NCBI RefSeq assembly: GCF_006345805.1
Contig: NC_043002.1
Span: 81,034,001-81,098,000, forward strand
Direction of reading: 5' to 3'
Source: Octopus sinensis
Lineage: Eukaryota
DNA: 64,000 nt
Part shown: piece by piece, positions 12,661 through 26,800 of the stretch
Layout: the number at the start of each line of letters is the position of its first letter
Numbering within the stretch: position 1 is the first letter of the stretch
Program-made: the position numbers and the translations under genes
The notes under the pieces: generated by a model
Database searches by the model: none
Seen by the model: only the letters and a program-made list of their open reading frames with translations
What the model was told of the DNA's origin: nothing

Positions 12661-13991
12661 TTCATATATGTTTCCTCGTGTGTTTTTTTTACGTTTTCTT
12701 TGCTTCCTTTCAAATACTTTACTGATTGTTACTTTACCATGTAACGATTGTTTCACCATACACACAAGCACATTCATATCAAATAAATTTATATATATAT
12801 ATATATATATCTTTATATATTTTATATATATATATATATATATACACAGACACATACAAACCCACCCCATATGCAGATGTATGTATATATATATATATGT
12901 GTGTGTGTGTGAAAATATATAATTGTATGTATATATATGTATGTGTATATATGTATGTGCATGTGTGTGTGTATACAAAACACATGTGCACACATACACA
13001 GACATATAAGTATATATTTTCTCACTAAGATTAATGCGTATATGAGTGTTTGGTGTGTATATACATATATTTTATACGTACATGTGTTGGTATTTCTTTG
13101 TACATTTACGTATATACATATAAGCGTTTATGCATATATATGTGTGTGTATGTATGCAAAGACATATATCAGTATCTATGTATATATATATACACGTACG
13201 TATATATAAGTTTATATGTAATAATGTAGTTTTATATATGTATGTATATATGTACACATTCATACAACCACATATATTATGCATCAACATATACACATAC
13301 AAAGAAAGTAATGGTGATTGTATACACCGAAACACTCTCACACATATAGACATACGTGCTCTTACAAACATATTTCTCTATGTATATACATACACTTATA
13401 CTTTCACACCTATATACACTACCCATATACAATACCCATATTCAAGCACACACATATACATATACAATCCCAAACTGACATAACACCCTAGACGTATGGA
13501 CTAACATACAGCCTCTATACACATACACATTCTCAAAGCAGATACACATTCACAAAACGCATTGGGTCAAAATAACATAAGTACAGAATATACGCACAGG
13601 CACACACACATAGACACACAATCAGACGGACGGACACCTAAGTTAGTCTATAACAGAATGGTGCTTAGAGAATGAAGGTAAATAATGAAGGACAGCGAAG
13701 AATGAAAAGTCTTATTATGATGTTGTTCTCCAATTTATTTACTTTTTTATCATTCCTTCCTATTTACTTTCTTTAGTTTATTTGCTGTTTGTTGTTTGGA
13801 TTTCTTTGTTCTTCACACGAGTGTTCATGTAAAGAAAAAATAACTTTTATTATCATCATGATCATCATCATCATCTCCGTCGTCGTTATTATTATTACGT
13901 TATTAGTATTACGTTATTATTGTTGAGGCTGTTATTCATATATATATATATAATCATTATCACCACCATCACTATTACTGTTGATTTTATA

Positions 13992-14045
<54 letters not shown>

Positions 14046-14071
14046 ATTATTATTATTTTCATCATCATCAA

Positions 14072-14357
14072 GTCGTCGATAAATTAAGTACCAGTTACGC
14101 ACTGGTGGGGGGGGGCATATAATCGACTTAATCCGTTTGTCTGTCTTTGTTTGTCCCCTCTGTGTGTAGCCCCTTGTGGGCTGTAAAGAAATAGGTATTT
14201 CATCTGCCGCTACGTTCTGAGTTCAAATTCCGCCGAGGTCGACTTTTCCTTTCATCCTCTCAGGGTCGATTAAACAAGTACCAGTTACGCATTGGTGTCG
14301 ATGTAATCGACTCAACCTTTCCACAAAAATCGCTGCCCTTGTGGCAAAATGAGGGAC

Positions 14358-14425
<68 letters not shown>

Positions 14426-14645
14426 TATTATTATCAAGGCTGTGACCTGGGAGAATCGTTAGCACGCCGAGCAAAATGTTTCGCGGCATTTCGTCTGTCT
14501 TTACGTTCCGAGTTCGATTTTACCCTTCAACTTTTTGGGATCGATAAAAAAAAGTACCAGCTGAACGCTGGAGTCAATGCAATTATCTAACTCCCACCAC
14601 AAAAAGAAAGAAATTTCAAGCTTTATGCATGTAGTAGAAAAGATT
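14072..14645 (+). mobile_element. SINE family B cluster: tail fragment with stem-loop (14072-14193), copy at 14191-14356, (TTA)n, copy at 14436-14645
   Basis: Family-B motifs; TAGCCCCTTGTGGGCTGTAAAGAAATA tail at 14167-14193. Confidence 0.75.
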
Positions 14646-14957
14646 GTTGTTGCTGTTGTTGTTGTTGTTATCTTTGGTTTTTGCTGCTGCTGCTGTTATT
14701 GTTGTTGTTGCTGCTGTTATTTATTATTATTTGTCATCATCTCTTTTCTTCCAAAATCCTCCTTCCGTCGCCCTTCTGCTGCATAAAGAAACCACTATTA
14801 TTCCTATCGTTAATATTGTTCTGTTAGAAATCATTATTACCATAATATTTGATTATTTATTATTATATTTTCACGTTATATAAATTTATTATTGCCATTA
14901 TTTCTATCATCATAATTATTATTGCCATCAAATTTTGTCATTATAGATATTATTATT

Positions 14958-15550
14958 ATTATTATTATCATTATTAGAATTAGAATTATTATTATTATTA
15001 ATTATGTTTTGCTGTTGTAATTTTACTTTTATTATTATTACTTTACGAATATTTTACTGTATGTATTATTATTGTTTTTTACTGTTCTTTTTATTTATTA
15101 TTGGCGTTATATTCAATTAGTTATATAAATTTAACATTATTTTTGTTACCTTTATTAATACTACAACTAAAACTTCAACAGCAACTGCTAATACCATTAT
15201 TATTACTGTTCTTAATGTTTTTGTTGTTGTTGTTGTTGTTATCATTATTATTATTATTATTATTATATTATTATTATCATTATTAGAATTAGAATTATTA
15301 TTATTATTAATTATGTTTTGCTGTTGTAATTTTACTTTTATTATTATTACTTTACGAATATTTTACTGTATGTATTATTATTGTTTTTTACTGTTCTTTT
15401 TATTTATTATTGGCGTTATATTCAATTAGTTATATAAATTTAACATTATTTTTGTTACCTTTATTAATACTACAACTAAAACTTCAACAGCAACTGCTAA
15501 TACCATTATTATTACTGTTCTTAATGTTTTTGTTGTTGTTGTTGTTGTTA

Positions 15551-15575
<25 letters not shown>
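14958..15575 (+). repeat. near-perfect 309-bp tandem duplication
   Basis: Identical ORF starts at 15101 and 15410; GAATT anchors at 14977 and 15286. Confidence 0.9.
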
Positions 15576-15590
<15 letters not shown>

Positions 15591-16279
15591 TGTTGTTATT
15601 ATTATTGCCATTGTTATTATTCCCGGCCTCGTTATTATTATATTCATTTAGTAATATATTTTTTTTGTTTGTTTTGATTTCAAGAATATTAATAATCAAT
15701 ATCCCCCCCCTCTACATTTACTTCCAATGCAGCAGACAAAAGTTTTTTTTTTTTTTTAAATAACTTGTTTCTTGTTATTCCAATAGAATTCTTGAAAATA
15801 ATGTCTTTAAAGATTTTTCAAGTTTTTAAATTTATATTTTTACTTTTCCTCTTACGTTTGTTTTCTTTTTTTGTTAAACTTTTATTGACAAAAGAAAAAT
15901 GATTTTTTTTCGCTATGTTTAATTTTTTTTTTTTTTAATATATAAAACTCAAATTGTGAAATAGAAATGCAATAAGTATAATAAATAAATAAATTATATT
16001 TAGTTATATTTTTATTTAAATTTACAAGAAATGAATGTATATAGTTTCGTTTCATATTTACCTCAAGGCGTTCATTCGATTGTTTTCACTTTTCTCTTCA
16101 AATCAAGTTTCAAACACTCTCACACACACACATCGTACATATATGCTTGTATATGTATATGAATGTGTTTGGGAATATATATATATATATATATATATAC
16201 ACAGGTACGCATGTATTTATTTCTCTCTTCCTCTCTCTCCCCCCTGCCTCTTTATTTCTCGTTTTGTATGTATGTGTGA

Positions 16280-16323
<44 letters not shown>

Positions 16324-16369
16324 TATATATACATATATATTATGGTGGTTATGATGACGACGATGATGG

Positions 16370-16402
<33 letters not shown>

Positions 16403-16427
16403 CGGGTATGATATATGTGCTTGAAAT

Positions 16428-16492
<65 letters not shown>

Positions 16493-16521
16493 GGAGAGAG
16501 ATAGAGAGAATGAAGGAGAGA

Positions 16522-16553
<32 letters not shown>

Positions 16554-16829
16554 TACATGCATATATACATACATGCATACATACATACAAACATACATAC
16601 ATACATACATACATACATACATACATACATAAATACATACATACATACATACATACATACATACACACATACATACATACATACATACATACATACATAC
16701 ATACATACATACATACTTAGGGTGTTGTACGACCTGTTTTCACTTCCGGATCACGATTCTAATCCGGTGTCCAACTAAAGAGACAAAACCGCTTATTTAT
16801 AGGTAATAAGTATGAGAGAAGAAGGAAGA

Positions 16830-17157
16830 AGGAGCACTCCATCGGTTACGACGACGTGGGTCCCAGGTGATACGATCAACGTAACAGCTTGCTCGTGAAA
16901 TTAACGTGCAAGTCGCTAAGCACTACACAGTCATGTGTACCCTTGACGTAATTCTCAGGGAATTTCAGCTTGAAACAGAGTGTGACAACGCCGGCTTCTT
17001 TGAAATACATGTACTAATCATTTTTGCTAGCCGAGTGGACTGGACCAACGTGGAAGAAAGTATCTTTCTCAAGGGCACAACACGTCGACTGGAATTGAAC
17101 TCACGACCTTTCGATCGTGAGCCGAGTGTCCTAACCTCTAAGGCACGCGCCTTCACA
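16830..17157 (-). mobile_element. tRNA-derived CORE-like SINE (family C)
   Basis: Minus head GTGAAGGCGCGTGCCTTAGAGGTTAG...GAGTTCAATTCC then GTGTTGTGCCCTTGAGAAAGATACTTT; head related to 21995-22326. Confidence 0.75.
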
Positions 17158-17313
17158 ATATACATTATGCTCTACAAGATTTCCTGAAACGGTGATTGTA
17201 GTTTGGTATTTTAACATGGGAAAATATTCCTACATTAAGCAATACATATGTATGCATTTGTGTACAAACACATACATTGTTGCATGTGCATGTGGGTAGG
17301 AGTGTTTGTATTA

Positions 17314-18565
17314 TTAGGCTGCCAAGAAAGCTCTTGGAGAATTTTTAATTTTGGTTTTAAATGATGTATTTTCTAATTAATTTTCGTTAAATTACTTTGA
17401 CTTTATATATAATTTTAAAGTCCGTTTTTCGAACTTTCTAATCGAGTTACTCTTTTCCTTTTTGAATAATTAAGCCATTTTTTCTGGAACGTTGAATACA
17501 ACATGGAAAAAGGCAAATTCACACAATTCCAGTTCAAGCTAGGCCGAAAAGCTGCTGAAACAGCTTGCGATATCAACGATGCTTTTGACCCAGGAACTAC
17601 TAATGAACATACAGCACAATGGTAGTTCAAGAAATTTCGTAGAGGTGACGAGGGTCATGAAGATGATAAGCGTAGTGGTCGGCCATCAGATGTTGACAAT
17701 GATCAGCTAAGAGCCTTAGTCAAAGCTAATCCACGCACAACTGTTCGAGAGCTTGCTTCTGAATTAGACATAACGTAAACGACAATTTCCAACCACTTGG
17801 AAGAGATTGGAAAAACAAAAATACTTGAGAAATCGGTGCCGCACAAATTGAAGGACAACCAAATATAACGCCGTTTTGAAGTGTCATCTTCCCTTTTACG
17901 CAACAAAAACGACCCGTTTCTCGACCGGATTGTGACTTGCGATGAAAAGTGGATTCTTTACGACAACCGGCGACACTCAGCTCAGTGGTTGGACGCCAAC
18001 GAAGCTCCACGGCACTTCCCGAAGCTAAAGTTGCACCAAAAGAAAGTCATGGTGACTGTTTGGTGGTCTGCGGCCGGTCTTATCCATCACAGCTTTTTGG
18101 ATCCAGGCGAAACCATTACGGCGAAGTACTCTCAGCAAATGGATGAAATGCATAAGAAACTCCGACAACAACAGCTAGCATTGATCAATAGAAAAGGACC
18201 AACCAGCCGCACGTCGCACAACTGACCCTGTAGACGTTGAACGAATTGGGCTACGAAACTCTGACACTTTCGCCATACTCACCAGACCCCTCACCTACCG
18301 ACTACCACATTTTCAAGCATCTCGATAACTTCCTGCGTGAGAAATGCTTCAAAAACTATGACGATGCAAAACACGCCTTCAACGACTCCATCGCCACCAG
18401 AACGCAAGATTTTTACGCTACTGGCATGAATAAACTTGTTTCGCGTTGGCAAAAGTGTGCTGATTCTGATGGTGTTTATTTCGATTAATAAAGTTTTATT
18501 TGAGCCGAGATATGTGCATCTGAATTTAAAGATTAAAAACCGCAAGAACTTTCTTGACAACTTAA
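17314..18565 (+). mobile_element. full-span mariner transposon (DD34D, Hsmar1/cecropia-like), inactive
   Basis: TIRs TTAGGCTGCCAAGAAAGCTCTTG / TTAAGTTGTCAAGAAAGTTCTTG (19/23), TA on both sides; transposase relic inside. Confidence 0.92.
17503..18488 (+). pseudogene. mariner transposase pseudogene
   Basis: RSGRPS, VPHKL (WVPHEL-like), IVTCDEKWILYDN, KKVMVTVWW, YSPDPSPTDYHIFKHL, RWQKC; in-frame stops, frameshifts and a deletion at the second catalytic D. Confidence 0.9.
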
Positions 18566-19138
18566 TACATTATATTACGTTATAATAGTGTGCTGGATCA
18601 GTTGATTTGTTAAAGAGTCGTTGCCTTTGTCTACCACTATTTCTTCCGTGTCTTATGAGTCCAAATCCCGCAGAGATCAGCTTTGCCCCTTGTTTACTTG
18701 TGTTCGAAAAAAATATAGTACCTATCAAATATTGGAGTCGATATAATCATTTATTTCCCTACACCCAATTCTAAGCTTTCAATCCATGATAGAAACGATT
18801 ATGTTATACTCTACGTACATCTTATACTGTGGGACATTCTCTTGACCAATGCCCATTGATGATTACTTTGATTGCTGCACTTTTTCATCGTATTCCCTTT
18901 GCATGACATCTCCCTGATTTTCATGCAGCCAGCACCGCAATTATACATTAACTATTCTTCGAAATCACTGTTCAACAGTTTGCTTGCAAAATACGTTTTT
19001 GTACACTTCTTGAATATATAGAGTACTTATATTAATACTGTTTGTTTACTGCTCCTTGGGGATAACTTAACCAGTTTCCTTCCCTGGTCAAACAGTGTAG
19101 AATACTCTACAGCTATATAAGGGGGCCATAGGTTAGAC

Positions 19139-19351
19139 CAGTGGTTTTCAACCAGGGTTCCGCCAGTACAGTCCAGGGGTTCCGCAAGAAGTTACAAAAC
19201 TGCTAAAATCGGCAATAATTTTTAATTCTCCTGTGCAGATATGTGTGCAGATATGTGTGCATAAGACTATTAAATTATTGCACAGGGGTTCCTCGAGCCA
19301 GTGGAATGTTTCCTTGGGGTTCATTTCCAGCAAAAAGTTTGAAGACCACTA
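19139..19351. mobile_element. hAT (Charlie/Buster-type) MITE, 213 bp
   Basis: TIR CAGTGGTTTTCAACC versus TAGTGGTCTTCAAAC; perfect 8-bp TSD GGTTAGAC at 19131-19138 and 19352-19359. Confidence 0.9.
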
Positions 19352-20454
19352 GGTTAGACTATCATTGCAGTGGGCTGCATAATTTGCAAATGTGTCCCTT
19401 TGACATTTCCTCATTAATTCATATATAATTTATGAACAACACTAGTTATAAGGACTAAAATATATTTAAATATGAAAAAGACTGGCTGTGAAAGAAATAT
19501 AAACATGTAAACAAGTTCCTTTTATCATTTAGAAGTGCGATCGCCTGCTCTGCTGGAAGTAGCAGCCAGATTTCACTCAATTCATGTTATACTGTCTTAA
19601 AAATTGCTACAACTAGCAAAGTGCATGTTACTCCCGTTGAAACCCAACCAACCTAAATGCCTAATAAATATTTCCGTCTCAGACCACAGATCCTTGGGAT
19701 TATCTCGTTACGTACGTACTTTTTTCTGCTGAAATCTTCTTCATGTCTTTCGAATCATCTCCATGTCTTTGGAATATCCTCCATACATTTATCCTAGATG
19801 TTGACTTGCAATTGTTTAGAGGAAACAATAAAGACATAAATATCACTGGCCTAGGAGGACCTGCAAAGCCGTGGGCACGACCCCTTCCTCAAACGTACAA
19901 TTTAAAAGTAAGAAAAGTTTCAGTTTAAAACCAAACTATATCAGCCTCGCTATTATGGAAACAGTGTAAAGCACAAGGGCCCTACGCTTACTCCGTCTTG
20001 CTGTTATAACACTTTCTCCTCTTCCTCCTTTCTTCTCTGTCCTACGACTTTAATAATTTAATAATTTAAGACAGTATCACCTCGTCATATCCATAATATC
20101 AATGCGAGTTTCGTTTCATATTGCGTATTTGTTTTGCTCGTCTTGTGTCAGTAATCCAATGTTTCAACAGAAATACTTGTTTTCATATTTTACCATGTTT
20201 TCCAGGTCACTAAGCACACTGTATTAGTCACAGACAATTGGCTTAAAAAATACTACATTCTGTCAGATTACAAGGGTGATGTGCTTAAAGTTCGGACAGT
20301 TATTTAATTTAAGTTGTTTAGATGAATGAGTATATCCGAAAGACCAGTTGCGATAATAATCAATACTTGTTAGCAAATTGGTCATTCTTTACTTGTTTAT
20401 TATTGGCTTGTAGCTAATAATAAACGCGAAAATGTTACCCATAGCAACATAAGT

Positions 20455-20660
20455 CTCTTCTTCTTCTTCTTCTTCTTCTTCTTCTTCTTCTTCTTCTTCT
20501 TCTTCTTCTTCTTCTTCTTCTTCTTCTTCATCGTCTTCTTCTCCTCCTCCTCCTTATTCTTCTTCTTTATCTCCTCCTCCTCCTCCTTCTTCTTCTTCTT
20601 TATCTCCTCCCCCTCCTTCTTCTTTATCTCCTTCTTCTTCTTCTTCTTGTTCTTCTTCTG
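20455..20660. repeat. (TTC)n/(TCC)n microsatellite
   Basis: Directly visible. Confidence 0.9.
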
Positions 20661-21994
20661 ACTAAAAGTCAAACCAGAAATAAGTCATGATGTCTAAGGG
20701 ATGTCTGGATGCAAGATGTAAAGCTGCAGTCAAAATAAAGCTAATAACGAAAATGAAAAAACAGCAATTAATATGGAAAAATAATTATTTCTAATTTATG
20801 CCCAAGTACAGCAATTTTGATAGGAAAGGATTAGTCGATACCATTGGTTCCAGTGCGTTATTTTATAGGCACGATTTGAACTCCGAACGTAAAGAGTCAG
20901 AAATACTGCAATTTTTCCTTTCTTTTTTCTTTTCTTTTTAGACACTCTACTGATTCATCCAATCGTGAGCCCTAGTGTAAAACCCTAAAGCAAAAGGCAT
21001 TTAATCATATTACACAATAGAACTAAAATAAGAAATAAACCAACAAGAAGAAGAAAATAACTAAAACCGATAAAAGACGATATATAAGGGAGTGCAGAGC
21101 AAAAAAATATAACGAAGGCCATATACAGAATCCGATAGAAACTAATGAAGAAAAACTGAATTTAATATAAAACAATAATGAAAAGGAACTGCAATCATTG
21201 TAGTAAAAATAATGATAAAGAAGTAAAATCAATATTAATGCAATAATGAGAAAGAATAGAAATTAGCATAAAATAATAATAAGAATAGTATGATGTCAAT
21301 ATAAAACAAGGCTAGAAAAAAATCGTTATCAATATAAAACAATATTGAAATAAAAAGAGTAACTGAGTTAATATAAAGTAAGAAAGGCAAAGAACTGAAA
21401 TCAATATAAAATAATACTGAAAAAGAAGAGAAGACTATATATAGAAAAAAAAGCAGTAAAGAGAAAGGAAGACGGGGAATCAATATTAAACAATAATGAA
21501 AAAGAAAGAATGCAAATGAATATAAAATAATAATGAAAACGAAATAACTGAACTGAAGTTTGTTTAAATTCAATGATGGAAAGAACAAAATATGAAAGAT
21601 CATGAAAGAATAGAAAAAGAGGAATATTTGAAAACAAGAGTTATAAAAAAGGCGTCATTGTATCATGATGAGGGGAAGATGATGAGGAGGAAGAGATTAA
21701 GGAAGAGGAGAAGAAGGAGGAGGATAAGAGAGAGAATTATAAAGATATCATCGTGATCAAGATTATCATCACCGTATCATCATCATTATGTCAACCACCA
21801 CCACATCAGCATCCTCATCATCATCATCACCATCATCATCGTCATCCAGCACAACCCCTCATGATCATTAAGAAATTTCTCAACGTAATTTGATGATGAT
21901 AACGACGACGGTGAGGACGATAATGATGTTCGTCCCCGATGATGACCATGATGATAACCACGACGACGACGATGTTGATGATGGCAATTACGAC

Positions 21995-22326
21995 ACAAGT
22001 TGCTGAGACCCCCTTCGGTCATGACTGACCATGGGAGTGCACCTAGAAAGTTAATCTCCCAGGCACAAGTCCGGGCAAGGTTGTTTATGGAAGACCAGCA
22101 GTCGCCCATGCATACCGGCCTCCCCTCTCCACGCCACCAGTGTTATCCAAGGGAAAGGCAACAGCAGATACAGCTTGGCATCTGTGACGTCGCAACTCAT
22201 TTCTACAGCTAAGTGAACTGGAGCAACGTGAAATAAAGTGTCTTGCTCAAGAACACAACACGCAGCCCGGTCCGGGATTCGAACTCACAACCTCGACGCT
22301 CTAACCACTGAGCCATGCGCCTTCAC
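21995..22326 (-). mobile_element. tRNA-derived CORE-like SINE (family D)
   Basis: Minus head GTGAAGGCGCATGGCTCAGTGGTTAG (A box), GAGTTCGAATCCC (B box), CORE-like TGTGTTCTTGAGCAAGACACTTT...CAGTT...GCTGTAGAAATG. Confidence 0.8.
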
Positions 22327-23142
22327 GACACAAGTAACACAGAACTATACTATTGGTTTTTTTGGGTTTTTTTGTAGATGATAACTGTTGAAAAAGGAAA
22401 AAATACACATAAAAAACACATGGACATGAGATGAAAATTTTAGAGGGAAGTACGATTAAAAGCAAAAATAAGAATAACTATTGTTCAAAGAAAGATAGAA
22501 TGAAAGAAAGTGGAAAATAGAGATATAAAAAAATTAAAAAGAAAATCTGTGTTTATACTGAAAAATTGAAGAAGTTGCTAAGTTGAATGAAAATAAAAAT
22601 AAAATAGAAAATGTTAAGAAATCTGATTTCATTTACAATTTCCAGTGCATTTTCGAAAAAGGTCCTATTTGAATCAAAAGAACTGACACCTTCATTCGGC
22701 GCACAAATTACCTTATTTTACGAATATTATCTTATAAAGAGCAGTTATTGTCTTTAAATTTGCTGAAACAAATGTTTACAATAGGCGAAATATAAAGTTG
22801 CAAATATCGTCTCAAAATTGCGGCCAACTGCGATAGCTAAACAAAAATTGAGAAGGTAGGCGTAATAGAATGAAAAAATAAACATGGACAGTTTTAAAAT
22901 TAATATTGCGCAGTTGAGACAGTAATCTGCTCAACGTTCCAGCAGTAACAAATGAGAAATAAATCGTGTTTACCCGCTGTGGCCAAACTGCAGCCAAAGA
23001 AAGATCAGGAGTATAGCATATTGTAATAAGACTCGTTGGTTCCAATGGGAAATCCGTGGGTGGTATATATGAAAATTTCATAGTTAATTACTTGCGGCAA
23101 ACTATATCGAACTGTATTTAATAAATAACAACATGAATGATA

Positions 23143-23183
<41 letters not shown>

Positions 23184-23187
<4 letters not shown>

Positions 23188-23489
23188 GCGCAATGGCCCA
23201 GTGGCCAGGGCAGCGGATTGGCAGTTGTAAAATCGCGATTTCGATTTCGAGACCGGGCGTTGAGAGTGTTTAGTGAGCGGAAACACCTAAAGCTCCACGA
23301 AGCTCCGGCAGCGAGTGGTGGTGATCCCTGCTCTACTCAGTCGCCACCACTTTCTCTCACACTTTCTTCTGTTGGCCTGCTCCCTTAGCCAGCGGGTTGG
23401 CGTCAGTTGAAGGTTAAAACAATGTGAAGCGCATTGTGATCAGCGATGTGTAGCACCATCTGATGGCCTGGTCGGATACGGTGATCACG

Positions 23490-23495
<6 letters not shown>
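23184..23495 (+). mobile_element. tRNA-derived SINE (family E)
   Basis: GTAGGCGCAATGGCCCAGTGG head, TTCGATTTCGAGACC B-box-like motif, flanked by (TG)n and (TA)n. Confidence 0.6.
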
Positions 23496-23537
<42 letters not shown>

Positions 23538-24447
23538 TACAACACCGACCTAACTAAATGGTGTGTGAGTGTTTTAAAGAAGTTCAGAAATAGTAAAAGT
23601 ATTATAGCAGCTAAATGATTTCCAATCGAGGCAGACAAATGGAGAGGTGGAGAGAAGAAAACACATGATTAATTATATTAGTAGCTTATAGTCATATGTG
23701 GGCTCTCCTATCGTGGATGACACATGAGAGGCTTGTAATTTACACCAGTGGTTCGTTTACAATGATCAATTATTTGTGTTGTACATGAATTTGCTCCCTC
23801 CATTAAATCGACAGATGCATGGTATGCTACACGTCACGTAATCGAAGTGATCGCGGGGAAGCGTGAGATGAAGGGTTTTGCTTAAGAACATAATGGCACC
23901 ATCCGTGCTGGGGACTCCACGATCTCACGAACATGAGCGCAAAATCTGACGTGTGTTGCGCGCGAAATACGACAAAAATCATGTCCCTAATCTTCGATGA
24001 CATAACAGTTCAAATATGAATTATATCGAAAATGAAATACGATTCTTTTACTGTGTAAATCGTTGCTTTTTTTTTATTTCTTTTGCTTTGTTTTAAATGG
24101 ATGGCAAAACGTTTACAAAATGGATGACGAAGTACGCGTATATTTTGATTAGGTACCAACACCATTTATTCTGGTTGAAAAGTATGGAAGGACACGTAAG
24201 GCTTCATAGCATTCATGTTAAATGATGCAGAAATTAAATCAACGTGAGCGCAAAACCCCCAACTCTAGGCTACGCATTCTTATTTATCATACGTTGTTCG
24301 CGAAACACAACAAAAACCCAGTCCCTAGTCTTCGATGACATGGCAGGTCAAATATGAATTGTGTTAATACAGTTCTATATTTAAGATATGAGGAATTATG
24401 TACATTATTTACATTTGACGGATATTTGTCCTCATCGTTTTGTTGTT

Positions 24448-24492
24448 GACACAACGTTTCAGCTGATTACCCTCCAGCCTTCATCAGGTGGT
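24448..24492 (-). ncRNA. minimal type-I hammerhead ribozyme motif (PLE-type), stem I weakened
   Basis: CAC-CUGAUGA-A-GGCUG(loop)CAGCU-GAA-ACGU-U-GUG. Confidence 0.7.
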
Positions 24493-24554
24493 TTGGGGAA
24501 ATTTCGAACCTGGGTTCTCATTCCTGAGGTGTTTTTCGATGTTATTATTATTAT

Positions 24555-25110
24555 TGAGTGAGAGAGTAGTGCATGCAATCAAAGTGACACTGGGGTAAAA
24601 TACACGAAGCCCAGTATACCCATCATGGCTACCCGTCTGATAAGGGTACACCAGGCACATGCATCACAAGCATATGTGCGTTACATGGTGACCTCATATC
24701 AAGATAAACAGCGCATGAACTTGCAGGTGGGGCACAGTTAGAATTTTCTTCAGGTCGGGTAACCCATTCCGCTCAAAAGGTCCATGAATAAGGACTGTTT
24801 AAGGATGTTGAACGAACCACCCATGTTTCCAAAGATGAATTATCCAAACCTCTAAGAATTCCTTTCAACATACGGCTATGATGCTGCCCCGCTACTTCTG
24901 CTTGTGATCAGAGATGCACATATTGTCAGCCACTAAGGGACATGGTCAACTGGTTAAGGTCAAACAACTGACTAGCAAATCTGTGGTATTGAGCAGAATA
25001 TTTGCTTTAGCCCATCCTTTATACCAAGACAAAACAATGTACATGATAACACTTCCAATCAGTTAAAATCAGAAGCCATGAGAGCCACTGTCTGGTACTG
25101 CATCAGGGCA
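24555..25110. mobile_element. non-coding interspersed repeat X, copy 3
   Basis: Aligns with 5072-5605; (TTA) repeats on both sides. Confidence 0.8.
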
Positions 25111-25132
25111 TTATTATAATTATTACTATTAC

Positions 25133-25178
<46 letters not shown>

Positions 25179-25233
25179 TAGGTCACTACCTGGAATCGAA
25201 CTCGGAATCTTAACCACTATGCCATATACCCAC

Positions 25234-25592
<359 letters not shown>

Positions 25593-26094
25593 TACGAATT
25601 ATGTTGATGTAGAATGCGTTTCTTTACCTCGTAAATTGTTATTTGATTCAGTTTTGTTTTGCTTTTTTACAAAATGGATGACAAAATACGTTTACAAAAT
25701 GGATGGCGAAGCATGTGTAGCACGAACACTCTCTATTTCAGTAGAAACATATGGAAGGACACGTACGCCTTCATAACTTTCATGTTAAATGATGCAGAAA
25801 TTAAATAGAATACTGAAACTACATAAAATGATATGAAATAATGATACTACATCATATTTGCTCCGACTCACTACGCTCTTAGTTGAAATATTACTGAGGT
25901 TAACTTTACATTTCACCCTCAAGACAAAGTACCATCAGGGTAGTGGGTTGAATAAATGGATTGGCAGAAATGTAAAAATGTCTGAGCGAGTGTCTTGCAA
26001 CATTTTTTTCCAGCTTTTTGCTCTCTGAGTCCAAGTCTCGACATGGTCTTCTGAGGCGGCAGATTTAATTCGTTACTCGGTTAAACATCACTGT

Positions 26095-26151
<57 letters not shown>

Positions 26152-26454
26152 TTCTTTCTTTTCCTCCCTCCCTCTCCCTTTCAAGCCAGACCTGTAGGCC
26201 TGTATGGGCCATGTCTATCGTTCCCGGTTCCAGCTAACGACTTTATCTCCTTATCTTTTCCACTTCCCAAGACAGAATTACAAAATGTTAATCACTGATT
26301 CATTGCTGACTTTTCTTCTTTTTAGTTTTGTTAATTCATCTTGATTTTGTTTGTTTGTTTTTTGGGGGTTTTTTTTAAAGTCAGTATATTATTGAAGTCT
26401 TTTGAACAGCCGACAGTGTATTCACAAGACTGATGAAATGGCTGACACAACGAC

Positions 26455-26456
26455 AT

Positions 26457-26488
<32 letters not shown>

Positions 26489-26661
26489 GCAGCGATAGTG
26501 GTGGTGGTGGTGGTGGTGGTGGTGGAGGTGGTGGAGGTGGTGGTGGCGGTGGTGGTGGTAGTAGTATGAGCAGCAGTGATGGCAGCAGTGGCAGTACTAG
26601 CAGCAGCAGCAATAGCAGCAGCAGCAGTAGCAGCAACAACAGCAGCAGCAGCAGCAGTAGC

Positions 26662-26695
<34 letters not shown>

Positions 26696-26800
26696 TGAGC
26701 AGCAGCTGCAGTAGTAGTAGTAATAGTAGTAGTGGTGGTGGTTGTGGGGGGGTTGATGGTGATGGTGGTGGTGGTGGTGGAGCTGGTGGCGGCGGCGGTA
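26455..26800. repeat. compound (GCA)n/(GGT)n/(AGT)n trinucleotide tract
   Basis: Directly visible. Confidence 0.9.

Larger units (their letters stand above)
24366..25231 (-). mobile_element. hammerhead-tailed tRNA-derived SINE, minus copy (anticodon arm deleted; repeat X inserted in its TAA tract)
   Basis: Head GGGTATATGGCATAGTGGTTAAG|ATTCCGAGTTCGATTCCAGGTAGTGACC, (TAA)n, tail homologous to 25446-25592. Confidence 0.8.
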
